Shown here: piece after piece, positions 51,573 through 64,000 of the stretch
How the letters are laid out: every line of letters begins with the position of its first letter
How positions within the stretch are numbered: position 1 is the stretch's first letter
Origin: Lama glama
Lineage: Eukaryota
Length of the DNA stretch: 64,000 nt
Assembly (NCBI GenBank): GCA_028534125.1
Contig: CM052817.1
Coordinates: 6,884,001-6,948,000 of the forward strand
Reading direction: 5' to 3'
Translations under genes and position numbers: made by a program
The notes under the pieces: model-generated
Told to the model about the DNA's origin: nothing
The model's database searches: none
What the model saw: the letters and a program-made list of their open reading frames with translations, nothing else

Positions 51573-53799
51573 TATATATCTGTTTCAGACACAGACCCTG
51601 CTAATTTTGTCCTTTGAAAATAACATCCTCTGGAATGTGTGATTCCACCATTTTCCTTCCCTTTCAATAAAAGACAATCCTCATGGTTTGGCCGGTGAGA
51701 TACTTCTTGGATTTAGCACTTGGGCCCCACACTACTACCCTTTGTCGAGCAGAGCTCTCCTCTACTCTAGTGTGCTTGTGTTTTTCTTATTATTCAGGAA
51801 CTAGGGTGATCTTTATAGAATTTATGTTTAATTAAACTCTCAAATGGGTCTCCATTATATAAAAATATAATAGATTCACTTATAAATTACTTATTAACCA
51901 CCTGTTGCATGCCAGGTAAAGTGTAATGCTCCAAAATCCAAACTTCCATAGCATGTCTTTCCAATCATATTTCTTGATAGTCTCAGAAAACATGATCCTA
52001 TTGCCCATATGCACAGCGATATTGATTGGTCCCTGTGTGCCCTGAACTCTATCTTATCTCAATATTTTTGCACATTCTAATTCATCTGCTAAGAATGCCA
52101 CTACCTAGTTTCCATCTGGTAGAACTTTTCTTCACAGCTGTATCTCACTACCTCTAAGCTTACTTAATGGTTCTCTCCTCTGGGTTCCCTCAGTCTTTGT
52201 AGTAATCTGGAACTGCACATACCTGATCACCTGGGAATTGTAACACTAGATAGAGCTCCTTTACAGCTGAGCTTCTTACTTGATCATATTTATAATTTTA
52301 GTATTATGTTACATCACTAAAATTGACTTATTTTACTTTCTTCACAGAAGACATATTTACCAAATATGCATGAGCAGACTCTCAATCCATCTAATATTCC
52401 TTGAATGTAGCACAAGAAAGGGAAATTATAATTCATGGAACTCAATAAGGAAAAAAAATTGGGGATTAAAGTGAATAATTATAATGTTGACTACCATGTT
52501 CTAGCATCCTTTACTCTGGAGAGTGTTCCTATCATTATGTTAAGTTTGTTTTGTTTTGTTTTTTGGTAAACTGTATAACCAGTGTAAAACACATAGCCTG
52601 TAATTGACACAGAATAAGAACTTCACCAGCATTGATGGTCACATGAACGATTTCATGAAAGCTAGCCCACCAACTACATGATTTATCATGATATCTTGAT
52701 AAGCTCAGGACTATAAGCCACATCCTCACATGTTTATCTCATGTATTTGTAAGGAAAGCAGATATATTCATGCAACATTTTTAGTTTATCTCAGGAGAAA
52801 AAAAAGACAGTGGAGACTGAATAAAAGTTTAATAGAAATAAGGGCTGCTTTCCATTTAGGATAGACCATGATTTGAGTGAATGTGAATTCGTTATCTACT
52901 CCCAAATGTGGACATTATAAATAATTCATGTAGTCTTGTTTTTCTGTTCAGATAGGACAGTACTAATTAAAAACAGAAAAAAAACAAAAACAAAAAAATC
53001 CAAAAAGTCCCCAAAATAATGGATTATGTTGGCCTCCAAAGCCACTGATTTTGTGTGTGGCCTGATTTTCCCTTTGTTGAATTTTTTGGTTTTTTTTTTT
53101 TTTATCTCTTTCTCTCTCTTTTATCCTCAAAAGAAGCAGATATGAACTTTGGATCCACATTCACTCCAGATAGCCAAGGGTGGATCTTATCATGGTAGAA
53201 GAAGCATAACAAAGTCCTGGTTACATGTCAAAATATTTATTGCTCTCTGACTGGGATAAAGGTGTGGTGGCTTTATCACCCTATTGCAGGTTTCCTATGA
53301 CTCTAGAAGAGGAAATATTCTAATGAATTTGTTGTCATCATGAAACTTTCCCCTTTTTTTTTTCTCTTTAGAAACAAGCTGACCAGATGTGCTACTTCTA
53401 GTCTGAAAAGATCACTGTTTGATTTAATATATATTGAGATCACCACAGTACATAACCCAGAATCACTGAATAAATATTTATTGTATGTCATCTGTACTCT
53501 TAACATAATGTTGGGTGTGGCTGAAATACCAAATGTCGGTACAAAATGTCTTCTAGCCAAGAAATGGTCAGTCTTATAGAAGAGATACTATACACACTCA
53601 GAACACCGCAATCTAATCTGCTGTGTAATCCATATCCAAGAAAAAACAGATAGCATGTTCCCTGGAAATTTAGAAGAGATTTTGATTACTCAGGTGTGGT
53701 CTTCACTGATTGCAGGACAGAATACTTGAGTTGAATGCTGAGCATTGATAACAATCTAATCAAGCCTGGGGATGCCACATACCATTTCTCTGCAATTGA

Positions 53800-55820
53800 A
53801 ATTTGGAAACAAAATACTACAAAAAGCAATTTAAGTTTAAAGCAACTATGAGAAAATAAATTAAAAACAGAGCATAAACCAATGAATTCAAAGCAGGAGA
53901 ACAATAGAGAAAGTCAACATAACCAAAGCTGTTTCTTTGAAAAGATCATTAAAATGTGTAACTCTAGTATGGGGTAGCTGGGGTGGGGGTAACAGAGAAA
54001 AGAGGAGACACTCATCACCAGTATCAGAAGGGAAAGAGGGGCTTATCTCTACTGAGCTCATAGACATTAAAAGAATAAAGACAGAATACAAGAAACAACT
54101 CTGAGTTCACAAATGTGATGACTTACATGATGTGGACCTATCCCTTAAAACACAGACTACCAAAATGTATATGAGGAGATGCAGATTATCTGAATAAGTC
54201 TAAATGCAATAATGAAATTGAGTCAATAATTAATAACCTTCAAAAAAGAAAATAAGCACCAGACCCAGATGTTTTAATTATTAAATTATACCCAGTATTT
54301 AAGGAAGAAGTTGTACCAGTTCTCCATACTCTATTCCAGAAAATTGAATTAGGGGGAGCACTTTCTAACCCTTTGTTAGAGGCCAGTATTATATTCATAT
54401 CAAAATCAGATAAATATTATTACAAGAAAGGTAAACTACAGGCCAGTATTTCTCATGAACAGATGCAAAATTCCTCCCAAAATGTTAGCAATTAGAATCC
54501 AAGAAAATATATATAGAAATAATTATAGACTATGGCCAAGTAAGCTTTATTCCACGTATGTGGAGTTGTTTCAGCAGTTTGAAATTAATGTAATTAACTA
54601 CATCAACAGACTGAAGAACTATCAGATGATCCTAGCAGTTGACATGAACACATCAAATGTATTGACAAAATCCAAGGCTCATTCATGGTTAAACAAACAA
54701 ACCAACCTCCCAGTAAACTAAGCATAAAGGAGAATGTACTCAATTTGATTAAGAGCATCTACAAAATGGTCTACAGCTACTATCCTATTTAATATTGGTA
54801 AATTAGATGCTTTCCAAGATTGGAAACAAAGTAAGGATATCCTGTCTTATCACTCCTATTCAATACTGTGCTGAAAGTCCTCACTAGCGCAATAAGACGA
54901 GAAAATAAAATAAAACACACAAGTTTAAAAGGAAGAAGCAAAAGGATTTATTCATAGGTGACAAGATTATCTATGTAGGGAATTCCAAGAAATAGACAAA
55001 ACACTCCGGGAACTAATAGGGGAAGACGGCAAAATTGAAAAGTACGAGATTAATACAAAACATTTGGTGGATTGCTCATATACCAGCAAAGAGCGATTCT
55101 GAAACGAAATTAAATTTAAATTTGATTTTAAAAGAAACCAGTACTAATGCCCAAATATGGAATAAATTAAGCAACAAGATAAAGTAATATTGAATTATTG
55201 CCCCAAATAAAAAAAATAAATAAACATCTGCAAGTCCACACTGAAATAAATAAATGACTGAAGAAATTTATAGGGGGAAAGAGACAAATCTCCATGCAGG
55301 AGAATTTCAGATAATTTATGGAAATATTCTACCCTTAGCAGATGTAAATAACTTCCAATTCCTTAAGTGTGGGATGCTCTTTGGGACTTCTTACCAAAGA
55401 GTACCATGTGGAAAGGGAGAATAACACATACATATGACACATTTATAGTGGAGAAATCTGGCACACACTACTTCAGGTAGGTGGTCAAGGTCAGCGTCAA
55501 TAGTGGTAAGTCATGCTGAAGTCTGAGAAAGTGTCACGATCAAGAGGAGTCGTGGGAGTCTAAATTTAATATGGAATTTTGGAACAGAAAAAGGACATTA
55601 AGTAAAAAGTAAGAGAATCTAAATAAAAGATGGACTTCAGTTAATAATAATGGATCAATATTGGCTCATTGATTATAACAAATTCCCATCCTAATGTAAG
55701 ATATTAATAAAAAGAAAACTATGTGGGAATATACGAGTGTACAGGAGCCATTTGTATTATCCTCCCAATTTTTCTGTAAATTTAAAGCTGGTGTAAATAG
55801 AAAGTAAAAAAAAAAAAATC
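53800..55820 (+). mobile_element. Ancient L1 (L1MC/MD-like): ORF2 fragment joined to 3' UTR
   Basis: Degenerate ORF2 (aaccaaagctgtttctttgaaaagatc; gcaccagacccagatg; tcactcctattcaatactgtgctgaaagtcct), then 3' UTR (gtggagaaatctggcacacactac...ttttctgtaaatttaaa) and an A tail. Confidence 0.85.
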
Positions 55821-58800
55821 ACCCATTCTAAGTTGTAATTGTGACAATGCTACAAATGAAACTGAAAAAGTCTTGAATTTTTCATTGAAAGTATTAAGCT
55901 TCTTTTCCTTTTCTGTTCCTTAGAAACCTGATGACCCTGGAAACATTATTCAGTATTTTCAAACATCACTTTCATCATCGCAGGAACAACTACTGTATTT
56001 TCCTTTCTCCTTCACAATACTGCTGTGAGTGGGGAAAGACAGATACGTTCATGTAGAGACAGATATGACCGAATACCACACACTCCAGGAGAACTGAGAT
56101 AGGAAGGTATAACATAAATACAAAACAAGTACCATCGTTCTAAAAGGGAAGCTCAAAGAAAGGTCCAAGCTGTTGGTTATATTTAAAAATAAGTGAACTG
56201 CTATATATGTGAGCTTGTTCTCATTTAACTTCTTCAGATTAGTTTTATGACCTCCAGCAAAACGCTTACCCTCTTTTGCTTTCAATGTCTCATCTATAAA
56301 CTAGACATGCCATTTTCTCCCTAAATTTACTGTTGAACTGCTAGTTACATAGTATCTAAGTAGCAACGTATGTCTTCATCCAGTGGGAAGATCGGCCTCC
56401 ATGCTCCTTATGAAAATCTTATCAGCCCAATTCCCCTTTATTTCCTGATAAATTATGCTCATTTCATTAAGGTATCTCTGGTCTTCTCCAGTTAGTTCAT
56501 TTTTGTGTATCACCAAAGTCTTTGCTAACAAATAGTCTTTGACCCGTAAACTTGAGTGAAACTCTCTTTATTTTATTCAATCAACAATCTGCTTTTTTCA
56601 GATAAATTATTAAGCTTTAAATACCTTAAAAAATAAGTTGATATTACAACCTTTGCCTAACCTATGGAATTACAAGCCTAGAATAGTCTCCTATTTCTCC
56701 AGCAAATGAAATTCAATTTATTCTTCCCGATTAAGCTTAAATATTATGTTGTTCAGGAAACGGTTCTCACCTATCCCAGGATGGTGAGATTTCCTTATTC
56801 ACAGCACGTGTTGCAACCACACTTAATTTTCTAGAACATTGCTGTGATCTGCTGTGCCTTGTCCCTCTGCCCCCCAAGGTGGCAGTTCAACAGCAGAGTG
56901 GGTTAGAATGGCATCTATACTCCTTAAGCTCCTTTTCTTGCAAGAACAGTGCCCAGCGCCTACTGTGCCTTCCACATACTGGATGCTGCATTTGTGACCT
57001 AAGTACTTGTTGAATTTTTTTCATCTCTTCCTACTAGAATTTGGGTTCCCTAGAAGCCACAATGATAGGAAACGTGCTGTCATTTATTTTTTGTTTGTTA
57101 TTTATCCAGTGTCTTTTAGAGTACCTGACACATGCCAATCATTCGATGTATGTCAGAGGTAAATGGAGAGAAAAAGGAGGGAAGAGGGTGAGGAAGAGAA
57201 GGTTGAATTCAAGGAAAGGCAATTGTATTAAAAAAAGAAAAAAGGCCCTCCTTCTCAGACAGGTGTGATGCGGATGCACCAAGTACTTAAAAAAAAAAAA
57301 AAAAAGGAGGGCCGCTTGGATCCTCATTTGGACTGAGGCCTGGGAAAGTGACTTTCTGAATGTGAAGTTGGAGCAGAGGGGTTGCTATAAGAGGTGGCAA
57401 TTAGGAAAAAAGTCAAATAACAAAGCTGATCATCCAAATGACAAGCACAGAAGAATCATGCACAAAACCAAGCTGGCAGCCGGGAAAGCTCGAGAAGATT
57501 GAGTATACTGAACGGGTCGTGGGCAGGGCCTGGGACGATCCTGAGCCCACTGGGCAGCTCTGCAGGGGCACACACTCTGACCGCAGGACCTTGGTCAGGA
57601 TGCTTTAAACTGAGGGGTACTAGTTGAAAACAACAGGGTCTTTGACAAGAGAGACTATCAAGAATGGGATGAGTAGGAGATGGGTGGGGGTCGTGGTTAA
57701 GGTGATCAGGGCTGGGCTGTAGGTGGGGCCTTCCAGGGAGGGGCCCATAGCCTCACATACCTACATCATGGCCACTCCAGGACTGTAATTAACTGATAAG
57801 AAAATGTGAAGGTGGTATTAGCCAAGGGGTTAGAAACTTCATACTTTGAAAAACAGTGCCTGAGAACATATGCATCAAAACTAAAGTCACTGCCTTTTAC
57901 ATTATCTCTGGAAAGTTCTCCAAGTTGGAGCTGCTGCCTTCCAGGATCTAAAATCAAATTAGCAATTTTAAACCAAAGTAGGAGGATGTAAGGCATGTCA
58001 AGAAGTCAAAGAACTTCCAGGATCCAAATTTTGGGTATGTGATGCTCTCAGTGTTCTTCAGGCGCGGGTGAGGACTGGTGTCAGGCCTGGATGGATCTGC
58101 AGCTCTAGGCAAATCTCCTCCAAACTTATGAATGCATCTCTCTACGGAAGAGAGAAGCTGACAGATGGACATTTGCTCTGTGGCCTCAGTGGTTTTGAGT
58201 CAAAATATTTCTTCATAAAATACTTCTTGAACTTACCATGAGAAGCAGAGAACATAGGAATGATCTCGGGCCAGAAGATTTAGCATCTGAACATATTCAT
58301 TCTGCTAATTAAAGACTCATCACCAAAGTGTAAGGAGATTCAACTTGGCAAAACCATTGAAATACACAAACCATTATTCCTCTACAGTTAAAGTGTTTGA
58401 CCCATCCCAGCTTCAGCAGTGGGACTCTAAAAAGACAGATCTAAAACGCTTCTAGTGTTGTCTCTATTTTTACCCTGTAACAAATGAACAAAGTATTTTG
58501 AGACATAATCCATCGTTCTTTTACAGATGTCTGAAATGCAAGTTTTGGCTCTTCTACAGGTGCTGAGAAAAGCTTTCCGTTTTTTTTTTTTTTTTAACTT
58601 CAGCTTGATGAACACCTGTTCCCTGAGTCTTGAATCTGTACGTCTGAAGATTCAGTCCCATTCCTTTTAAAATTTTAGGCTTCACATTCAAACCAGAGGG
58701 GAGAACAGTGAGGAATAGATCCTTGGGTACAATGTGCAGAAAGATTATTAATTATTTCGTATGTCTCAAGTGAATTACCAAGCACAGTTTTTAACCATTA

Positions 58801-59677
58801 TGAAAGAATTTATTTACTGCAGGACAGCTTTGAAATAAAGTATTTTTGTGAGAACTTAAATATTATAGCTATTTTTCTTCTTTAGTAATGGCCTTATATT
58901 CCCCCAAAAATATTTTGGTGCCGTGAGAATGCAAGGAAAGTATAAAACTAAGAGGGAAAAATACAAATGATTTTTTTCCACTGGGTTCAGTTTAAATAAC
59001 AAATCAGTTGCAGACAAAGAACAGCCTGTCGTAACTCTCCTATTGTTATACGTGCCGCCATGAAATTCTGCTTGTATAATTCAGAACACATGACACATAA
59101 TTGACAGAAAGATATAAAACAGGCTAATAACAAGGGGAATCACTAACAATAACAGGAAATATGGAAATCTCACTCTCAAGCTTGTCAAAGCACTTCTTTA
59201 CTTGGTGTTGAGAGACCCCCTCAGAGGTAACACGAAGACTCTTGAAGCAAACAAGCTTCAAATCATAAAGTATTAGGTGGTAGGTGATTTAATAAAGTGT
59301 GTGGGATTATAAAAGAGAGAGGAAAAAAGTAATTGTATTAAACAAATTGTGGAAATTATTTTTCTGGACACACCGAATCATTTCTTTTTAAGTTAAAAAT
59401 AATAATTTGAGAGAATGTCATTGGCTGTCATATTAGGAGCATAAGATAGCGAAATAAAGCATTCTTATTCCAAGAATATTTACAGAACACCTGCTATGTG
59501 TCAGGGATCTCTCTAGATCCTGATGAAGCAATAATGAAAAAGGTAAATAAAAATACAAGCTAATTAGAGAGTACTTGAAAGCACATTCACCCCAAACCTT
59601 CTAGTTTCTTCTAGTTCCTTCTTCCCCAATCCCATCTGCCTCCGCCCTTTTTAAATCCTTTGGGACATTCCAGTCAG

Positions 59678-60180
59678 TTGAAAACAGATACTCAAACACT
59701 TGTACAAAAATGCCCATAGTGGCTCTATTCAAAATATTCAGAAGGTAGAAACAACTCAATTGTCCACTGACAAATAAATAGATTAAAAAGTGAAATGTAT
59801 GTCTATACAACGAAATATTATTCATCCATGATGAGGAGTGGAGTACTGACATATACCACAACACGAATGAAGATTGGCAACATAGTGAGTGAAAGAAGCC
59901 AAACACGAAAGCCCACATATTGAATGATTGCATTTATCCAGAACATCCAGAACAGGTAAATTCCTAGAAACAGAAAGCATATTGGTGATTGTCAGGGCCT
60001 TGAAGTTGGTGTGAGGACTGGAGAGAGATTACTTAAGTGGTTGGGAGTGTATTTGTCATGAAGAAAATGCTCTGCACATTGATAGAGGTGGTGCTTACAC
60101 AACACTGCAAATTTACTAAATGCAGCTGAGTTATGCACTTTAAAATGATCACTGTTCTGTGAATTTTACCTCCATAAAAG
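59678..60180 (+). mobile_element. L1MB-like 3' end
   Basis: gtgaaagaagccaaacacgaaagcccacatattgaatgattgcatttat...cactttaaaatg...gtgaattttacctc. Confidence 0.85.
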
Positions 60181-61197
60181 CATCTATTAAGCCGGTAATG
60201 TTATCCTAGTGTCCAGATGAGCCAAGACTATAAATTGCTGTGCCAGCTCCAGTAGACATTGCACAACTGACTTGACTGGGACGACCATCAAGATGGCAGA
60301 AATCATTTAAGCAGCCAAGTCTGGTTGGGTACCCATGTCTAGACAGACTCCCAGCCAGGGGTTTCTTTACTTCAAAATCATTACCATGGAGGTTGTTTTA
60401 GGGTTTGGGACGTGGCCCTCAGTTAACGAAATTTGCATGACCGGGAGAAGTTTGTACCGAAGCCAGGAGACAGCAATTCAATTTTAATTCACTTGAAGAC
60501 TTCAGCTTGACTTACGCTTGGAAGAGAAATAGCGATTTCCAAGAAAGGAAGGAGCTGTAATGTAATTCAGGAGGCCTTCAAATTTCTAGCTTGAAGTAAA
60601 TTAATAAACTACCCATTCTATACACTAAAAAACATGCATAAGAAATAAACAATCTTTAACTGGAAATTTAAAAGGTCTCTGCTAAACCTGTTTTTATCCA
60701 CATAAACCAGATCATCAGCTGTTATTTCTTCTTAAGGTATAGACTCATTATGTCTGCAAAGTGGAGACGGTCACCTCCCTCACAGGCATTGGTGTATGTG
60801 TACTGGAAATGACTAAGCTCTTGGAAAGGACATATTTATTAAATCCATAAAATGATACTTAAAAGTCTAGGTTTCTTGAGAGAAAAAATAAGAGAGAGGA
60901 GAAACTCTAGAAGTCAGACACAATTTGGAAATTAAAGAGAAATAAGCTTTACCCTATTGATAGCTACATCTTACTTAATGACAGTGTTAGCATAATTAGC
61001 TAAAAATTGTGCCTGAGATACATTTTTCCATGGCTCTAGGATCAAAATTTAAACATCCTTCTTAATCTACTTTTTTATTGAATAACCTCTTCTACCACCT
61101 CATCAAATTAATTAGTCTAAGGTTTGTATTTTTTAAATTGTTCTAAATGAATCTGTTATCCAGTCTTATCTTTTTAATTCCATCATTGTATTGGTAA

Positions 61198-61272
61198 GCC
61201 TGTTAGTTGGGACTCTCTAGAGAAACAGATGCATATATAAGATATAATATATAACTGTAGATTTTATCTTTG

Positions 61273-61317
<45 letters not shown>

Positions 61318-61787
61318 CTCTATCTCTCTATCTCTCTCTCTATCTATCTAATCTATAGAGAGACAGAGAAAGAGGGAGAAAAGATTTATTATAAGAATTG
61401 GCTCATGAGATTATGAAGATCAGAAAGGTCCATGATCTACCATCTGTAAACTAGAGACCCAGGAAAGATGGTGATGTAATTCAGTCTGTGTCCAAAGGCT
61501 CAAGGACCATGAGAGCTGGTCTCCAAGGACAGCAGAAGATAGATGCCCTAGTTTTTCAAGCAGAGAGAGTAAATTCATTCTTTATTTACCTTTTTGTTCT
61601 ATTTGGACTGTGAATGGATTAGATGCCACCACCTACAGTGGTGCAGGCGTCAATCTTTACCCAGTCTACCAATTCAAATGCTAATGTCTTACTGAAACAC
61701 CCTCAAAGACATCCAAAAATAATGTTTTAGCAGTTATCAGGGCATTCCTTAGCCTCATCAGGTTGACACATAAAATTAACCATCAGA
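61198..61787 (-). mobile_element. MLT2-type ERVL LTR with internal (TCTA)n (about 61272-61350)
   Basis: ctctctagagaaacag...gatttattataagaattggctcatgagattatg...ttgacacataaaattaaccatca. Confidence 0.9.
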
Positions 61788-61903
61788 GTTGGTAAACAAC
61801 CTTTATTTGGAAATAAAAAGGTCATGATTCACATATATCACACTATTGCTATATTTTATAACATGTTTATTTATTTTGCCTATAAACTGGTGGTATGTGC
61901 TTC

Positions 61904-62427
61904 TGTTATCAGAGAGTAGGTTCTTGCCTTTTTGTAGAAAGAATTCAGAAATGAGACACGGAGGTCAAGAAAGCGAAACTTGGATTTATTAGGCAATAGA
62001 TAGTGCTCTTTCAAGGGGGACAGCGGGCAGACCCAGGCGGGTAGCTGCCCCGAGTTTCTCTGGCAAGCTGGTTACAATGAATGAGAGGGGTATTTACTGG
62101 AGAGGAAGGGCTTTGGGGTACAATTTCCTGAATTTTATCCCAGCTTCATCTTCCCAGGGGAGGAGGGATTTTTGTCCTTTTGTCTTGATTGGGAATTTGG
62201 ATGAGGACATAATGAGTGAAATGTTACACCCAGATGCCAGAGATTCCTGCCTTGTCCCACCTTTCTTTGTGTGTCAGTTGTCAACCCAACATGTGTGGTT
62301 TCTTATCAGTCTGGAAGTTCCTGTTTTTCCCAAGGATCCTCATTTTTTCACAAGATGTATGTTTTCCTGCCATTTGGCCCATGTCCCCCTTTCTCTGCTC
62401 GTGTCTAGCTATCTGCCTGCTCCAACA
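61904..62427 (-). mobile_element. Solo ERV1-type LTR with perfect 4-bp TSD
   Basis: TGTT...AACA termini, CTTC at 61900-61903 and 62428-62431, and homology to 6254-6907. Confidence 0.92.
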
Positions 62428-62509
62428 CTTCCTTCACAGGGATTTTTATACGTTACCATGATGAAGTTTCTGGAAAATGACATATATTATTAATTTTACT
62501 TCACTGCTA

Positions 62510-62543
62510 AAAAACAAACAAACAAACAAACAAACAAACAAAA
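62510..62543. repeat. (AAAC)n microsatellite
   Basis: Read directly from the sequence. Confidence 0.95.
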
Positions 62544-62575
62544 GCTAGTTTGATTTCTAGAGTGATATTGAATAT

Positions 62576-63124
62576 TATATTAGTTATCTATTTCTATGTT
62601 ACAAACTACCCCAAACTCAGCCACTGAAAGCCACCAGTATTTGTTATTTCACAATTTCTACTGATCAGGAATCTGGGAGTGGCTTAGCTGGGTGGTTTCG
62701 GCTTAGATCTCATGAGTCCGCAATAAAGGTAACAGGCTTGGCTAAAGTCATCTCAAGCTGTGACTGGAAGAGGTTCTGCTTCTCTGGTAGGTGGCAGGTT
62801 TGGAAGATCCTTGCAGCTCACTCAGCTAGTAGGAAGCCTCAGAAGATCTTCTGAGTTGACTCATGTGAGCGTCTCTGCTGAGCTCTCTCATGACAGAGCA
62901 ACTGCCTTCTCCCAAAGCAAGCAATCTAAGAGAGAGTGTCCAATATAGAAGCTGTTGTCTTTTACAACCTAACCTTTGAGGTGGGAATCCAACACTTTTG
63001 CCACATACTATTCTTGAGAAATGAGTCACTAAGTCCGGCCCACACTCAAGAGGGGAAGCTCACACAAGGGAGCGAACATCAGGAGACAGGCATCATTGGG
63101 GCTTTCTTGAGGCTTCCCACCACA
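62576..63124 (-). mobile_element. MLT1 (E/F-like) MaLR LTR
   Basis: ttagttatctatt...caaactaccccaaactcag...caggaatctgggagtggcttagctgggtggt...ggcttcccaccaca. Confidence 0.85.
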
Positions 63125-63164
63125 AGTAGTAAATACATGCTATCAATTCCCGTAACTCTTTATG

Positions 63165-63350
63165 AGAAAAGTCTGGACTTTGAACACAGATCTGGTCACT
63201 AAGTATCTTCCAAGAACTGGGGTCATTTTTTTTTAACTCTTAGAACTTTGATTTTCCTCTGTTATAAAACAGTATAGTCATACAAATCTCACAAGATTGT
63301 TGGGAAAATCAAATGATAATCAAGGTCTATGCTATGAAGTGATGGTAGAG
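63165..63350 (+). mobile_element. MIR relic
   Basis: ttttcctctgttataaaa...ctcacaagattgttgggaaaatcaaatgataat. Confidence 0.55.
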
Positions 63351-64000
63351 TGCTGCCATCGGCAATCACCAACAAACAGAAGAGAAGACTGCTTCTCGAA
63401 GTCCCTTAAGTGCTTCCAATTTTACACACCAGCATTCTCAGGAGAAGGAGGGCAAAAAGCTATTCTGGCCATTAGATGTTGGCTCCTGAGTTATATAAGC
63501 CTCAAGGGGCTTCATTCTTCATCATTTTCCTTGATCTTGTCTCAATGTCTTCCCTCAATCTCCATCTTATTTAGCTGCTGAGGCATTTCAGGTAGGTCGC
63601 TGATTGGTGGAAAGAGATGCCACACATGCCCATGTACTAATGAATTCCCCACTTTTCAGGCAAGTGTTGAAAACATAGGTGCTAGTGGATTCTCTGTGCA
63701 AGAATTATCTGGAAAAACAACAAAATTTGTCTTATACTGTGCCTTTTTCAGCTCAGAAATTGTACCACCATCCCAGGAGACCTGACAATGTAACTATTTC
63801 TGTTAAGGGAATGTTTACAAGCTCTAAGTCTATAAAAACATATCATCTAGGTGAAGACACTTCAGGAAAATGTGGAAGAAAAATCTAGTTTTTATGTAGC
63901 AATGAAGTAGATTTAACAATAGGTGTCATTTTTCTTGAAGAATCTCTCTGCCTTTAGCTAACTTTCCCCTACTGTTGACAGTACGGTGCTTTGAATTCCT

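Noticed and set aside
6254..62427. One giant provirus bounded by the two related LTRs
   Set aside because: The LTRs differ in length and internal sequence, the right one has its own TSD, and I saw no gag/pol/env or PBS.
62077..62493. 138-aa ORF
   Set aside because: Lies mostly inside a solo LTR on its antisense strand; no recognisable protein.

Overview
This is AT-rich mammalian genomic DNA, most likely camelid. It carries a tRNA-Ala-derived vic-1-type SINE, and I saw no Alu, B1/B2, Bov-A/BovB or PRE-1 elements. The window is intronic or intergenic and dominated by transposable elements. These include many LINE-1 pieces, several solo ERV1/ERVL/MaLR LTRs, MIR and L2 relics, hAT-Charlie MITEs (MER58A-like, MER33-like) and microsatellites. 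Among the L1s are one rearranged full-span element with two nested insertions and one young element collapsed into an assembly gap. There are two 500-N gaps (479-978, 38353-38852). No host protein-coding gene could be recognised, and nearly all supplied ORFs are chance or L1-derived. I found no convincing previously undescribed biological system. The best leads are a solo LTR with an intact-looking promoter (five CCAAT boxes, octamer, TATA, splice donor) facing two in-phase candidate exons, several informative L1 insertion structures, and a CpG-rich unique segment near 3 kb. Repeat family names are by-eye recognitions, and the boundaries of old elements are approximate.
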